Shown: positions 63,265-64,000 of the stretch, in pieces
Layout of the letters: every line of letters starts with the position of its first letter
Numbering within the stretch: the first letter of the stretch is position 1
Assembly: GCF_020745735.1 (NCBI RefSeq)
Contig: NC_083423.1
Location: forward strand, 24,862,001 to 24,926,000
Length of the DNA stretch: 64,000 nucleotides
Source of the DNA: Hemiscyllium ocellatum
Taxonomy: Eukaryota
Direction of reading: 5' to 3'
Notes under the pieces: model-generated
Told to the model about the DNA's origin: nothing
Databases searched by the model: none
Seen by the model: the letters and a program-made list of their open reading frames with translations, nothing else
Position numbers and translations under genes: made by a program

Positions 63265-63722
63265 TAGGTAAGCCTAACATACGATGAATGGCTGAGGATC
63301 TTAGGATTGTGTTCATTAGAGTTTAGAAAGTTGAAGGGAGATCTAATAGAAACTTACAGGATAATGCATAGCAAAGAAAGGGTGGAGGCTGGGAAGTTGT
63401 TTCCTTTTAGGCGGGGATACTAGGACCCGTGGGCACAGCTTTGGAATTAGAGGAGCGTTAATTTAGAACAGAAATGAGGAGACACTTCCTTAGCCAGAGA
63501 GTGGTGGGCCTGTGGAATTCATTGCCATGGAGTACAATGGAGGCTGGAACGTTAAATGTCTTCAAGGCAGAGATTGATAAATCCTTGACCCTACAAGGAA
63601 TTAAGGACTACGGGGAGAGTGCGGGTAAGTGGCATTGAAATGCCCATCAGCCACGATTGAATGGCGGAGTGGACTCGATGGGCCGAATGGCCTTACTTCC
63701 ACTCCTATGTCTTATGGTCTTA
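63265..63722 (+). mobile_element. CR1 3' fragment, same family as 55773-57010
   Basis: gggccgaatggccttacttccactcctatgtcttatggtctta is the reverse complement of 55773-55815, with one mismatch. Confidence 0.92.
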
Positions 63723-63779
63723 CGTAGAGGAGTGCTACATCAAAGAAACCTGCTAATTACAGTCAGTTGTATGACAAAT

Positions 63780-64000
63780 TAAGATCATAAATAGGACAGG
63801 AGTAGGCCTTTCAGCCCCTTGCATGTACTCCACCATTCAATAGGATCATGGCAGATCCAACACATCCACTTTCCTGCACTTTCTCTATAACCTTGGTTCC
63901 CCTAATGATCAAGAATCTATCTATCTATCTCTGCCTTGTATGCAAGGTCTATGTCCCTGCAACTTTCACTGACAAAAGTTCCAAAGGCTTTCAATCCTCT
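63780..64000 (-). mobile_element. CR1-type 3' end running off the window
   Basis: ataggacaggagtaggcctttcagccc...ccaccattcaataggatcatggc tail. Confidence 0.65.

Noticed and set aside
45524-64000. Next SRPK2 exon (GYHPVKIGDLFNGRY...)
   Set aside because: Not found in the ORF track or by reading, so it is presumably downstream of the window.

Overview
Vertebrate genomic DNA, not prokaryotic. The HE1-type SINEs, CR1/RTE LINEs and Penelope families suggest a cartilaginous fish, probably a shark (inference from repeat content). The window lies inside the 5' part of the SRPK2 gene on the + strand. Two coding exons are recognisable: the alternative N-terminal exon (MSVNSGKSSSSER, 26902-26939) and the proline-rich/acidic exon (PEAQQK...EEEILGSDDEEQEDPADYCK, 45378-45523). 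They join in frame across an 18.4-kb intron. No kinase-domain exon is present. The rest is intronic: nested CR1, RTE, Rex1, Gypsy and Penelope-like retroelements, SINEs, a 3.8-kb (CT)-based complex repeat and a 144-N gap. The most notable structure is five palindromic Penelope-type insertions from three families. They share one architecture: inverted arms, a 30-45 nt extension on one arm, an 11-13 bp flanking duplication and, in four of the five, a recognisable minimal hammerhead-ribozyme motif or remnant. Also notable are inverted duplications of local DNA at retroelement junctions, a scrambled Gypsy element inside a LINE, and a splice acceptor upstream of the 'first' SRPK2 exon. I found no evidence for a wholly new gene system. 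Repeat boundaries were read by eye and are approximate.
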